The notes beneath the pieces are model-generated. The model worked only from the letters and a program-made list of their open reading frames with translations. It did no database searches and was not told the origin of the DNA. Shown one piece after another: positions 8,253 through 15,679 of a stretch of 33,802 bases of DNA. Both the position numbers and the translations under genes were made by a program. Every line of letters starts with the position of its first letter. Position 1 is the stretch's first letter. The DNA comes from Acidimicrobiales bacterium (GTDB lineage Bacteria; Actinomycetota; Acidimicrobiia; Acidimicrobiales; JAUTXP01): positions 1 through 33,802 of the forward strand of contig DASYMT010000010.1 of assembly GCA_036008925.1 (NCBI GenBank). Direction: 5' to 3'.

Positions 8253-9059
8253 ATGCGCATCGCCACCTGGAACGTGAACTCGCTGAAGGCGCGCATGCCG
8301 CGCGTGGAGGAGTGGCTCGGCTACGCCGCCCCCGACGTGCTCTGCATGCAGGAGACCAAGATGTCCGACGCCGCCTTCCCGGCCATGGCCTTCTCCGCGA
8401 TGGGCTACGAGTCGGTGCACCACGGCGACGGGCAGTGGAACGGGGTCGCCATCCTCAGCAAGGTGGGGATCGACAACGCCGTATTCGGGTTCCACGAGGG
8501 CCTGGAGCCGGACAGCGACACCCGGCTGGTCACCGCCACCTGCGGGGGGGTGAAGGTGTCGAGCGTGTACGTGCCCAACGGGCGGTCGCTGGCCGACCCC
8601 CATTACGAGTACAAGCTGTCGTGGCTGGCCCGCCTGCGCTCGCACCTGGAGAACACGGCCTCGCCCGACGAGCCCATCGCCGTGTGCGGCGACTTCAACG
8701 TGGCCCCCGAGGACCGCGACGTGTGGGACCCCCGCAAGTTCGTCGGGTCGACCCACGTCAGCGAGCCCGAGCGCAAGGCGGTGCGCCACCTGGAGAACTG
8801 GGGCCTGGTCGATGCCTTCCGGGCCCGGCACCAGGAAGACCGTTTGTATACGTACTGGGACTACCGGGCCGGGGACTTCCACCAGCACCGGGGGATGCGC
8901 ATCGACTTGATCCTGCTGTCGAAGCCGCTGGCCGAGTCGATGAGCTTCGTGCTGGTCGACCGCTTCGCCCGCAAGGGCAAGCTGCCCTCGGACCACGCCC
9001 CCCTGTTGGTGGACGTGACTGTCGACGGGGCCGGGAACGGGGACGGGCCGTCGGCGTGA
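8253..9059 (+). CDS. xthA: Exodeoxyribonuclease III
   Basis: MRIATWNVNSLKARMPRVEEWL, CMQETK, VCGDFNVAPEDRD and SDHAPL are classic ExoIII/EEP motifs. Confidence 0.95.
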   Translation: MRIATWNVNSLKARMPRVEEWLGYAAPDVLCMQETKMSDAAFPAMAFSAMGYESVHHGDGQWNGVAILSKVGIDNAVFGFHEGLEPDSDTRLVTATCGGVKVSSVYVPNGRSLADPHYEYKLSWLARLRSHLENTASPDEPIAVCGDFNVAPEDRDVWDPRKFVGSTHVSEPERKAVRHLENWGLVDAFRARHQEDRLYTYWDYRAGDFHQHRGMRIDLILLSKPLAESMSFVLVDRFARKGKLPSDHAPLLVDVTVDGAGNGDGPSA

Positions 9060-9736
9060 GCGACTGGGCCGAGGCGGTCAAGAACGCGTCGTCCCGGGAG
9101 GTAACCCCCCAGCGGGAGGCCGCTCGGCGGGTGGGCCAGGCCATGCGCGAGCTGATCGACCAGACGGTGGCGACGTCGGCCCCGGTCGAGGCGCTGGAGG
9201 GGGTGGCCGAGGTGCTGGAGGCGTTGTGCCGCACCATTGCCAAGTACCCGCAGGGCCGGCTGTACGAGGGGTTCGCCGAGTCGGGGCCCGCGGGCGACCC
9301 CTACGCCTTCTTCGACAACAGCCCTATCATCGGCGTGGCCAACCCGCTGGCCCCGCCCATCCACATGACCATCGAGGACGGGCCGGACGGGCCGGTGGTG
9401 GTGGGGGAGGCCCGTTACGGCGGGGCCTACGAGGGGCCGCCCGGGTGCGTGCACGGCGGGTACGTCGCGGCCGCCTTCGACGAGGTGCTGGGCATGACCC
9501 AGTCGATCACCGGCAAGCCGGGGATGACGGGCACCCTCACCATCCGGTACCAGCGGCCCACGCCGCTGCGCGCCGACCTGCGATTCGAGGGGCGGGTCGA
9601 CCGGGTGGAGGGCCGCAAGATCTTCACCGTCGGCCGTTCGTATGCCAACGGGGAGCTGACCTGCGAGGCCGAGGCGGTGTTCATCACCGTCGACTTCGCC
9701 AAGATCGCCGCCCTCTACGCCAACCGCCCCCGCTGA
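9056..9736 (+). CDS. PaaI-family (hotdog fold) thioesterase
   Basis: The GTG at 9056 forms a GTGA overlap with the xthA stop. GCVHGGYVAAAFDEVLG followed by a beta-rich C-terminus is typical of PaaI/4HBT thioesterases. The upstream part of the track ORF (8312..) is a shadow of xthA. Confidence 0.8.
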   Translation: MSDWAEAVKNASSREVTPQREAARRVGQAMRELIDQTVATSAPVEALEGVAEVLEALCRTIAKYPQGRLYEGFAESGPAGDPYAFFDNSPIIGVANPLAPPIHMTIEDGPDGPVVVGEARYGGAYEGPPGCVHGGYVAAAFDEVLGMTQSITGKPGMTGTLTIRYQRPTPLRADLRFEGRVDRVEGRKIFTVGRSYANGELTCEAEAVFITVDFAKIAALYANRPR

Positions 9737-9737
9737 C

Positions 9738-10181
9738 TCAGGCGGTCTGGAGGACGGGCCGCGTGGAATCGGCGCGGCATGTCCTCCAGTCGGGGAAGAC
9801 CCAGTCCTCGATGGGCAGGGGCAGGGCCGCCGCGCCCGACCCGGCCAGGGGACGGGGCCTGCGGGGCTCGACCCGTCCGGAGCTGCCGCCTCGGCCCCGG
9901 TAGACGATGAGCCCGCTCACCGGGTCGGGCACCGCGTCGAGGGCGGCCTGCACGGCGGTCGACTCGCGCCAGGCGTCCCATGCGTCCTCGTCGGCGAAGC
10001 GGACCTCGAACACCACGCCCCAGGCGTGCTTGTGCCAGGACCAGTCGAGGGCGCCGTAGCCCAGCGCCGACTCGCTCAGGACATCGCCGTACGAATCGGC
10101 CCATACCCCGGCAGAGGTGGCGCCGTCGAGCACCTCGATCGAGAACCACTGCTCCACCAGGGGAACGCTACGCCTCATCAC
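9738..10181 (-). CDS. Hypothetical protein
   Basis: This is a 147-aa ORF with ordinary composition (WFSIEVLDGATSAGVWADSYGDVLSE...VVFEVRFADEDAWDAWRES). I recognise no family. It is co-directional with the metallophosphoesterase and just downstream of it. The start is uncertain, because 10181 overlaps the upstream stop by 14 nt. Confidence 0.5.
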   Translation of the reverse strand: MMRRSVPLVEQWFSIEVLDGATSAGVWADSYGDVLSESALGYGALDWSWHKHAWGVVFEVRFADEDAWDAWRESTAVQAALDAVPDPVSGLIVYRGRGGSSGRVEPRRPRPLAGSGAAALPLPIEDWVFPDWRTCRADSTRPVLQTA

Positions 10182-12147
10182 CCGACCTGTCTACGCCGCC
10201 CATCCCTCGCGTTTCCACAGGGACAGTGCCTGTGGAAACGCGAGGTGGAGGGACGCGGCGGCGCAGGGCCAACGCGCCCCCCACCAGCGCGGCGCCCACG
10301 GCCAGCGGCCCCGTCGAGTCCCATCCGGTGGCGGGCAGGCCGCCCCGGCCCGCACCGTCGGCGTCGGCACCGCCCGACGTGCTCGACCCGCCCGCCGAGC
10401 CCGACCCGCTGAACGGATGGGCCATCACCAGCTCCACGTTGCGGTCCCCGGCCCCGCCCAGCGCCGCCGCCGCGTCCCACTGGAAGTCGTTGGCCCCCAA
10501 CTCCCGGCTGATGGCGGCAAGCCCCAACACGTCGGTCGCGCCCACCACCGCGGCAGCCGGGCCCATGTGCTCCAGCAGCGTCCCGAAGATCGACAGCGTC
10601 CCGTCCCTGTTGTCGACCAGCTCGATGAGCCGGGCGTGCTGCGGGTAGTCCACGTGGGCCGCGGTCGACACCTCCCAGAAGCCCGGCGTCGAGCCCGACG
10701 GGTCGGGGTGCGGGGTGATGCGGTTCACGTGGCTGTGGCCGTTGACCCACAGCACCACGTTGGCGAACTGGTGCAGCACCGCCTCGATGGCCGCGCCCTG
10801 CACCCGCTGCGGGTCGGCGCCCACGGCCGAGGGCGGATCGGGCACCGGGTTGGTCAGCGTCAGCAGGTTGTGGTGGCTGAACAGCACGACCAGGTTCCCG
10901 GCCTTCTTGGCGTCGTCGAGCCGGGCCTTCAGCCAGTCGAGCTGCACGGTGCCGATCGAGCCCTCGGCGTATCCGCCCCGGTTCACCGTGTCGAGGCTGA
11001 TGCCCACCACTCCGGAGGCGATGGTGAACGCGTAGTAGAGCCTGCCGGTGGCCTGGTTCTCGGCCGTGAAGCCGTGGCCCACGGGCCCGGGCACGGGCGA
11101 CGAGGCCAGGTGGGCGGCCACCCAGTCCTGGGCCGAGATGATGGCCCGGCCCGGGTCGGCGGTGACGGGCCGGGCGGGGGCGGTGGCGAGAGCAGCCAGC
11201 ACGGTGGGGTCCTGCGTCGACAGCCCGGTCTGGAAGTCGCCGGGCGACATGCCCGCGGGCAGGTCGACCACCTTCACCGGCCCCACGGCGATGGCCTCGA
11301 ACACCGGGTTGCCGGGCGCGTTGCCCTGGAGCAGCCCGTCGTGGTTGCCGTAGCACGTGTACCACGGGATGTTCAGGCCCTCGGCGGTGAAGCCCTTGAT
11401 GGCCGCGGCCAACAGTCCCGGGTAGGCCGGGTACCCGTGGAACTGCTTGTAGAAGTCGCTGGTGGGCGAGGCGTTCTCCGGATGCCAGTAGTGCTTGTCG
11501 AAGGCCACGGCGTCCTCGTCCTGCACCCCTTCGTACTTGGTCGGGTCGCCGCTGTTGGGTGTGACCGGCCCGCCGTCGAGCAGCCCGATGTTCCAGAGGG
11601 CCTCGTTCTTCTGCTGGTTGTCGATGTTGTCGCCAGTGGTCACCGCGCAGTCGAACGACCGCCCGGTGACTGGCCCCCCGGGCAGGCTGTTGACCCGGCG
11701 CACCATGGCCTCGGACACCTGCGCGGTCAGCGTCTCCTGGGGCCGCTGCGCCGCGTTGAAGGGGATGGACGACGTCGGCGGGTCGGCGTAGCGGTCGAGG
11801 AACTCGACGCGGGCCGGGCTCTGGGCGTCGATGATGTGGATGTCGGTCAGGTGGACCACGGCGGCCAGGGCCGTGCGCCGGGCCTCCCGCCCCGACTGGG
11901 CCGCGGGGCCAAGCGTGCGCACGGTGAACGGCCACCCCGGCCCGTCGATCAGCTTGTGGTACCCGGCCGCCCCGCTCGGGATGACGGTGGCCTCGAGCGT
12001 GGTGCCCGCCACCGACGCGGCCGTCCCCAGCGTGCGGGCGATGGCCTGGCCGTAGCGGCCCAGCAGCTCGGGGCCGCCCCATGCCGCGGCGGTGGCCAGG
12101 CCCAGGTTGCGGAGGAAGGCGCGTCGGTCAAGCGGGTGCATGCGCAC
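10168..12147 (-). CDS. Tat-exported metallophosphoesterase with a C-terminal LPXTG-type sorting signal
   Basis: The twin-arginine signal is MRMHPLDRRAFLRNLGLATAAAWG. Calcineurin-like motifs are present (HLTDIHI, TGDNIDN, GNHD, SHHN, GHSH). The C-terminus LPATGWDSTGPLAVGAALVGGALALRRR is LPXTG plus a hydrophobic segment plus a basic tail, and the ORF then continues for 28 more residues. Confidence 0.85.
   Translation of the reverse strand: MRMHPLDRRAFLRNLGLATAAAWGGPELLGRYGQAIARTLGTAASVAGTTLEATVIPSGAAGYHKLIDGPGWPFTVRTLGPAAQSGREARRTALAAVVHLTDIHIIDAQSPARVEFLDRYADPPTSSIPFNAAQRPQETLTAQVSEAMVRRVNSLPGGPVTGRSFDCAVTTGDNIDNQQKNEALWNIGLLDGGPVTPNSGDPTKYEGVQDEDAVAFDKHYWHPENASPTSDFYKQFHGYPAYPGLLAAAIKGFTAEGLNIPWYTCYGNHDGLLQGNAPGNPVFEAIAVGPVKVVDLPAGMSPGDFQTGLSTQDPTVLAALATAPARPVTADPGRAIISAQDWVAAHLASSPVPGPVGHGFTAENQATGRLYYAFTIASGVVGISLDTVNRGGYAEGSIGTVQLDWLKARLDDAKKAGNLVVLFSHHNLLTLTNPVPDPPSAVGADPQRVQGAAIEAVLHQFANVVLWVNGHSHVNRITPHPDPSGSTPGFWEVSTAAHVDYPQHARLIELVDNRDGTLSIFGTLLEHMGPAAAVVGATDVLGLAAISRELGANDFQWDAAAALGGAGDRNVELVMAHPFSGSGSAGGSSTSGGADADGAGRGGLPATGWDSTGPLAVGAALVGGALALRRRVPPPRVSTGTVPVETRGMGGVDRSGDEA
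10205..10245. repeat. Perfect 17-bp inverted repeat with a 7-nt loop (CCTCGCGTTTCCACAGG gacagtg CCTGTGGAAACGCGAGG)
   Basis: I read it directly: the arms are 10205-10221 and 10229-10245. It lies inside the last 28 codons of the metallophosphoesterase ORF and 24 nt upstream of the next ORF's first possible start. Confidence 0.9.
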
Positions 12148-12158
12148 CCATGTACCCC

Positions 12159-12461
12159 TCAGGCGCGGAGGTGATCACGCAGCTTGGCCAGGCCGGAGCC
12201 GAGGACGTCCCGCAGGTCCGAGCGGGACATGCCGAGTTCGGTGTGGAGCTGCTTCATGGTCCGGGCCGGGTGGCCCTCAAGCCCGTAGTGCGCGGTGATG
12301 ACCCGCCGTTCGAGGGGGTCGAGCTCATCGAAGAGGTGGGGTGGGGGGATGCGGAGGGAGAGGAGGTCGTCGTCCGACTCGGCGTCGAGGTCGATGACCT
12401 CCGCGGCCGTGTCGGGGTACGGCCACCCGTCCTCTGCGGGCCAGACGAATGAGGACGCCAT
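12159..12461 (-). CDS. Stand-alone sigma-70 region-4 domain protein
   Basis: This is a 100-aa ORF. LDPLERRVITAHYGLEGHPARTMKQLHTELGMSRSDLRDVLGSGLAKLRDHL matches region 4.1/4.2 of principal-type sigma factors. The N-terminal half is acidic (DLDAESDDDLLSL). No region 2 or 3 is present. The stop lies 11 nt before the metallophosphoesterase start. Confidence 0.7.
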   Translation of the reverse strand: MASSFVWPAEDGWPYPDTAAEVIDLDAESDDDLLSLRIPPPHLFDELDPLERRVITAHYGLEGHPARTMKQLHTELGMSRSDLRDVLGSGLAKLRDHLRA

Positions 12462-12512
12462 GTATCGGTTCTCGCGCCGCTTGCAGGCCAGGTCAACCCT
12501 TGACTTCTGGCG

Positions 12513-13007
12513 TCAACGGCGCGCCAGCCACTCGTTCAGGATGTCGGCCTCCAGACGGGCGTGCTCGCGCAGCCCGTCCACGATGGCCGACTCGGCCTTG
12601 CGGCCCACAAACGGGATGTGGACGGACAAGTCGCCCTCGGCCGTGCGCCGGGTGGCGTGGTCGCCGTCGGCCGCCAAGGTGAACCGGCCCGAGCAGGTCA
12701 GCCGGTTGGCGTAGTGGTCGGGCTGGATCTCGAACTCGGTGGCGTGGGTGCGCCGGTCGGTGGTGGACGCCTCGACCCAGGTGAGCTTGGCCGGGTCGAC
12801 GAAGGTGGTGACGGCGGGGGAGAGGTCGCCCGCGAAGGCGTAGCGCACTCGTTGGTGTACCAACGACCCATCCACCCGGTGGTCGAGCAGCACAGGGCTC
12901 CCGAGGTTGGGCAGCCCGGCCAGGGCCTCCACGAAGGCGGCGTCGGTCAGAGCCGACTCCACCGCCTCGAGCGGTCCGGAGAGGAACTGCTCGAGCCGAA
13001 ACCGCAC
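12513..13007 (-). CDS. SRPBCC-superfamily / DUF2505-like protein
   Basis: With a GTG start at 13007 the product begins MRFRLEQFLSGPLEAVESALTDAAFVEAL and ends ...VGRKAESAIVDGLREHARLEADILNEWL. This resembles DUF2505/polyketide-cyclase-like START-fold proteins. The rest of the 661-aa track ORF is an Arg/Pro-rich shadow of the helicase. Confidence 0.65.
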   Translation of the reverse strand: MRFRLEQFLSGPLEAVESALTDAAFVEALAGLPNLGSPVLLDHRVDGSLVHQRVRYAFAGDLSPAVTTFVDPAKLTWVEASTTDRRTHATEFEIQPDHYANRLTCSGRFTLAADGDHATRRTAEGDLSVHIPFVGRKAESAIVDGLREHARLEADILNEWLARR

Positions 13008-13018
13008 GGCTGGCGACT

Positions 13019-14491
13019 CTAGGACGCCTGGGCCAGCAGCCTGCGCATCTGCTCGATGAGGGCGCGGGTGTCGAGGTGGGGCGGCGGGGCGGCGTCGACC
13101 ACGTCGGCGGGGAGCAGCGCGGGCCGGGAGCCGACGTGCGAGAGGTGCAGCCTGCGCTCGGCCCTGGTCATGGCCACGTAGAGCAGGCGGCGCTCCTCGG
13201 CGTCCCCCGGGTCGGCCGAGCCCGACAGCCCGGCCACGAACACGGTCGGCCACTCCAGCCCCTTGGCCTTGTGGAAGGTAGCCAGGCACACGGCGTCGCC
13301 GGTGATGGTGGCGTCGCCCGGGCGGGTGGTGAGCAGCCACTCGCGGAAGGCGGCGACGCTGCCGCCGGGCACCAGGGCGTCGAAGTCGCGCGCCATGTCG
13401 GCGACCTCGTGCAGCGCGCCCTGCTCGACCCGGTCGGCGTGGTCGTGGGCCAGTGCCCGCAGGCGGCGGGCCTCCTCGATGGCCGGAGCGTTGGGCACCA
13501 GGCCGTTGAGCCCGTCGCGCACGGCGGGCCGGGCCAGTAGGCCCAGTCGGCCCATGATGCGGAAGGGGATGCCCGCGGCCTGGAGGGCGGCGGCGATGGG
13601 GTCCACGTCCGCGTTCCGCCGGACCAGCACGGCGATGTCGGACCAGGCCGTGTTGGGCGCGTGGGCCAGCCGCACGGAGCGGGCCAGGCCCTCGGCCTCG
13701 GCATGGGCGGTGGCGTAGGCGGTGAGGGTGGGCGGCGTGTCGCCCCGGTCGGACGCGGCGACGGGCGGGGGCCGGCCGAGGACCTTGGCCGCGGCCTCCA
13801 CGATGGCCGGGCTGCTGCGGTAGTTGGCGTCGAGGCGCACCGTGGTACAGCGCCGGCTCAGGTCCGCGAGCAGCGCGGGGTCGGCCCCGTTCCAGCCATA
13901 GATGGCCTGGTCGGGGTCGCCCACCACGCACAGGTCGGTGCGGTCGCCCACCCACGCCATGACCGCGGCGGACTGGGTCGGGGTCACGTCCTGGAACTCG
14001 TCCACGTAGATGTGGCGGTGGTACCAGCGCACCCCCTCGGCGAAGCGGGGGTCGGTGCTCATCGCCTCGGTGAAGTGGAGCAGCAGGTCGTCGAACTCGA
14101 CCACGCCCCGGTTCCTGCGCTCGTCGGCCGACAGGCCCCGCCGCGAGTTGTCGATGACGCGGGGCCGGGCCTGGCCGTGCTTGTCCCAGTACCGGCGCAT
14201 CTGGGTGTAGGCCAGGCTGTGCAGGGTGCCGACCGAGACCTGGTCGGCCAGGCCCAGGCGGTGCAGCCGGGTCCGCAGCTCGTCGGCCGCCTTGCGGGTG
14301 AAGGTGACGGCCATGGTGCGGGCCGCGTCGGCCTGGCCGGTGGCGATGCGGTAGGCGATGCGGCGGGTGAGGACCCGGGTCTTGCCCGACCCGGCGCCCG
14401 CGATGACGCAGAGGGGGGCGGCGGGCGTGGTGACCGCCTCGCGCTGGGCTGGGTCGAGCCCGTCGAGCAGCGCGCCTGGGTCCAGCCCCAC
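13019..14491 (-). CDS. Compact UvrD/REP-family SF1 helicase (about 490 aa)
   Basis: The GTG start at 14491 gives VGLDPGALLDGLDPAQREAV. The SF1 motifs are present: AGAGSGKT, TFTRKAADEL, VDEFQD, GDPDQAIYGWNGA, NYRS, TFHKAKGLEW and YVAMTRAERRL. Confidence 0.85.
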   Translation of the reverse strand: MGLDPGALLDGLDPAQREAVTTPAAPLCVIAGAGSGKTRVLTRRIAYRIATGQADAARTMAVTFTRKAADELRTRLHRLGLADQVSVGTLHSLAYTQMRRYWDKHGQARPRVIDNSRRGLSADERRNRGVVEFDDLLLHFTEAMSTDPRFAEGVRWYHRHIYVDEFQDVTPTQSAAVMAWVGDRTDLCVVGDPDQAIYGWNGADPALLADLSRRCTTVRLDANYRSSPAIVEAAAKVLGRPPPVAASDRGDTPPTLTAYATAHAEAEGLARSVRLAHAPNTAWSDIAVLVRRNADVDPIAAALQAAGIPFRIMGRLGLLARPAVRDGLNGLVPNAPAIEEARRLRALAHDHADRVEQGALHEVADMARDFDALVPGGSVAAFREWLLTTRPGDATITGDAVCLATFHKAKGLEWPTVFVAGLSGSADPGDAEERRLLYVAMTRAERRLHLSHVGSRPALLPADVVDAAPPPHLDTRALIEQMRRLLAQAS

Positions 14492-14788
14492 GGGCCAACA
14501 GTAAGGACGGGCCCGGCGCCGCAGGTGGATGCCGGGTGGGGCACGCGGTGCGATGCGTGGCCCCGACCCCGGGCGCGAAGCGACCCCGAGTAGCCGAACG
14601 GCAAGCCGCCCGGACTCCTCGGGGCCCCTCGTCGGTCCGTCATCTCGCTGTCCTCGGTCTGACGACCGCTGACACCTTGGTGGCGTCCCTCCTCTGCTGC
14701 TGCACTTCGGCCTGTCCACTCGGGCGGACTCGCCTGTGGCGTTCCCTTCCCGAGCTTCTCGACCGGCTGCGTGCACCGGAGTGATCGC

Positions 14789-14817
14789 ATCTTGCGCCGG
14801 GCGGAATCGCACGTCAA
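14789..14817 (-). promoter_or_regulatory. Candidate sigma-70-type promoter TTGACG-17 nt-CAAGAT facing the helicase
   Basis: I read it on the minus strand, with the -35 at 14817..14812 and the -10 at 14794..14789. It would produce a leader of roughly 290 nt. This rests on sequence resemblance only. Confidence 0.25.
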
Positions 14818-14828
14818 GGGGGGTTTTT

Positions 14829-14883
14829 GAAATCCCCAGGTCGTCCAGAGGCGTGGCCCGAAATCCCCAGCACCATCCCCAGG
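14829..14883 (+). promoter_or_regulatory. Three copies of ATCCCCAG (two as 11-nt GAAATCCCCAG direct repeats 31 nt apart) upstream of the alpha/beta hydrolase gene
   Basis: The copies are at 14829-14839, 14860-14870 and 14875-14883. They are followed by the extended -10-like TGgTAGCGT (14892-14900) and an in-frame GTG at 14909. Confidence 0.45.
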
Positions 14884-14890
14884 TTGTGCA

Positions 14891-15658
14891 TTGGTAGCGT
14901 CCGAATCCGTGCTGAAGGCGTTCGACTCGGGCCGGCTGTTCGGCACCGTCCACGGGGACGGGCCCGCCCGGGTGCTCGCCCTGCACGGCTGGCGCAGGCA
15001 GTCGGGCGACTTCGCCGCCGTGCTGGCGGGCCTGGCCGGGGCCGGGGTGGGGGCCGTGGCCCTCGACCTGCCCGGCTTCGGCGCCTCCCCCGAGCCGCCC
15101 GAGGCGTGGGGGGCGGCCGACTATGCAAAGGCGGTGTCGGCCGTTTTGCCCGAGTTGGAGACGCCGGTGGTGGTGTTGGGCCACTCCTTCGGCGGGCGCG
15201 TGGCGCTGTGCCTGGCCGCCGACCGGCCCGACGCGGTGCGGGCCCTGGTGCTGACCGGCGTGCCGCTCATCCGCAGGCCGGGCGCGGGACGACGGCCCGC
15301 GCTGTCGTTCCGGGCCGCCCGCAGGCTGCACCGGTGGGGCCTGCTGTCCGACGAGCGGATCGAGGGGCTGCGCCAGAGGCACGGCTCGGCCGACTACCGG
15401 GCGGCCAGCGGGGTGATGCGCGACGTGTTCGTGCGGGTGGTGAACGAGTCGTACGAGGACGAGCTGCGCCGGGTTCGGTGCCCGGTCGAGCTGGTGTGGG
15501 GCGACGACGACGCCGAGGCCCCGTTGGCCGTGGCCGAGTCGGCCCTTTCGGTGCTCGGGCCTGACCGGGCGTCGCTGACCGTGCTGCCCGGCGCGGGCCA
15601 CCTCACCCCCCTGACCGCCCCCGACGCCCTGCGCGCCGCGGTGGAGCGCCGGCTGTGA
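14891..15658 (+). CDS. Alpha/beta-fold hydrolase
   Basis: LALHGWRRQSGDF, the nucleophile elbow GHSFGG and a C-terminal GAGH are present. The track start is the TTG at 14891. The GTG at 14909 (MLKAFDSGRLFG...) is equally plausible and would be leaderless. Confidence 0.85.
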   Translation: MVASESVLKAFDSGRLFGTVHGDGPARVLALHGWRRQSGDFAAVLAGLAGAGVGAVALDLPGFGASPEPPEAWGAADYAKAVSAVLPELETPVVVLGHSFGGRVALCLAADRPDAVRALVLTGVPLIRRPGAGRRPALSFRAARRLHRWGLLSDERIEGLRQRHGSADYRAASGVMRDVFVRVVNESYEDELRRVRCPVELVWGDDDAEAPLAVAESALSVLGPDRASLTVLPGAGHLTPLTAPDALRAAVERRL

Positions 15659-15679
15659 CCCCCCGACCCCGACCCGTCT

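Noticed and set aside
10117-12174. A 685-aa ORF on the plus strand, plus the 634-aa alternative minus frame 10178..12082.
   Set aside because: Both have Arg/Gly/Pro-rich, low-information composition. They overlap the metallophosphoesterase ORF, which has Tat, calcineurin-like and LPXTG motifs, so I treat them as shadow ORFs.
9738-14491. Helicase + DUF2505 + sigma4 protein + metallophosphoesterase + unknown ORF, considered as a possible phage-defence island. I also considered the NYN nuclease at 4779.
   Set aside because: The phosphoesterase is Tat-exported and wall-anchored, so it is not a cytoplasmic nuclease. No OLD/TOPRIM ATPase, methylase, TIR, SIR2, STAND or abortive-infection partner is present. 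The flanks are housekeeping genes rather than mobile or defence genes.
14606-14620. The minus-strand string GAGGAGUCCGGGCGG, which resembles the RNase P RNA P4 element GAGGAAAGUCCGGGC.
   Set aside because: It lacks the AA, and none of the other conserved RNase P blocks (the GGUAAGAGCGCACC-like block, ACAGAA, GGCUUA) are present around it. It would also overlap the helicase start, so the resemblance is coincidental.
14536-14784. An 82-aa plus-strand ORF with an LLCCCTSAC motif inside the long intergenic gap, considered as a possible small Cys-rich peptide.
   Set aside because: It has no RBS or promoter context, is Arg/Pro-rich with poor composition, and shows no recognisable family. I treat the region as non-coding, although ribosome profiling could revisit this.
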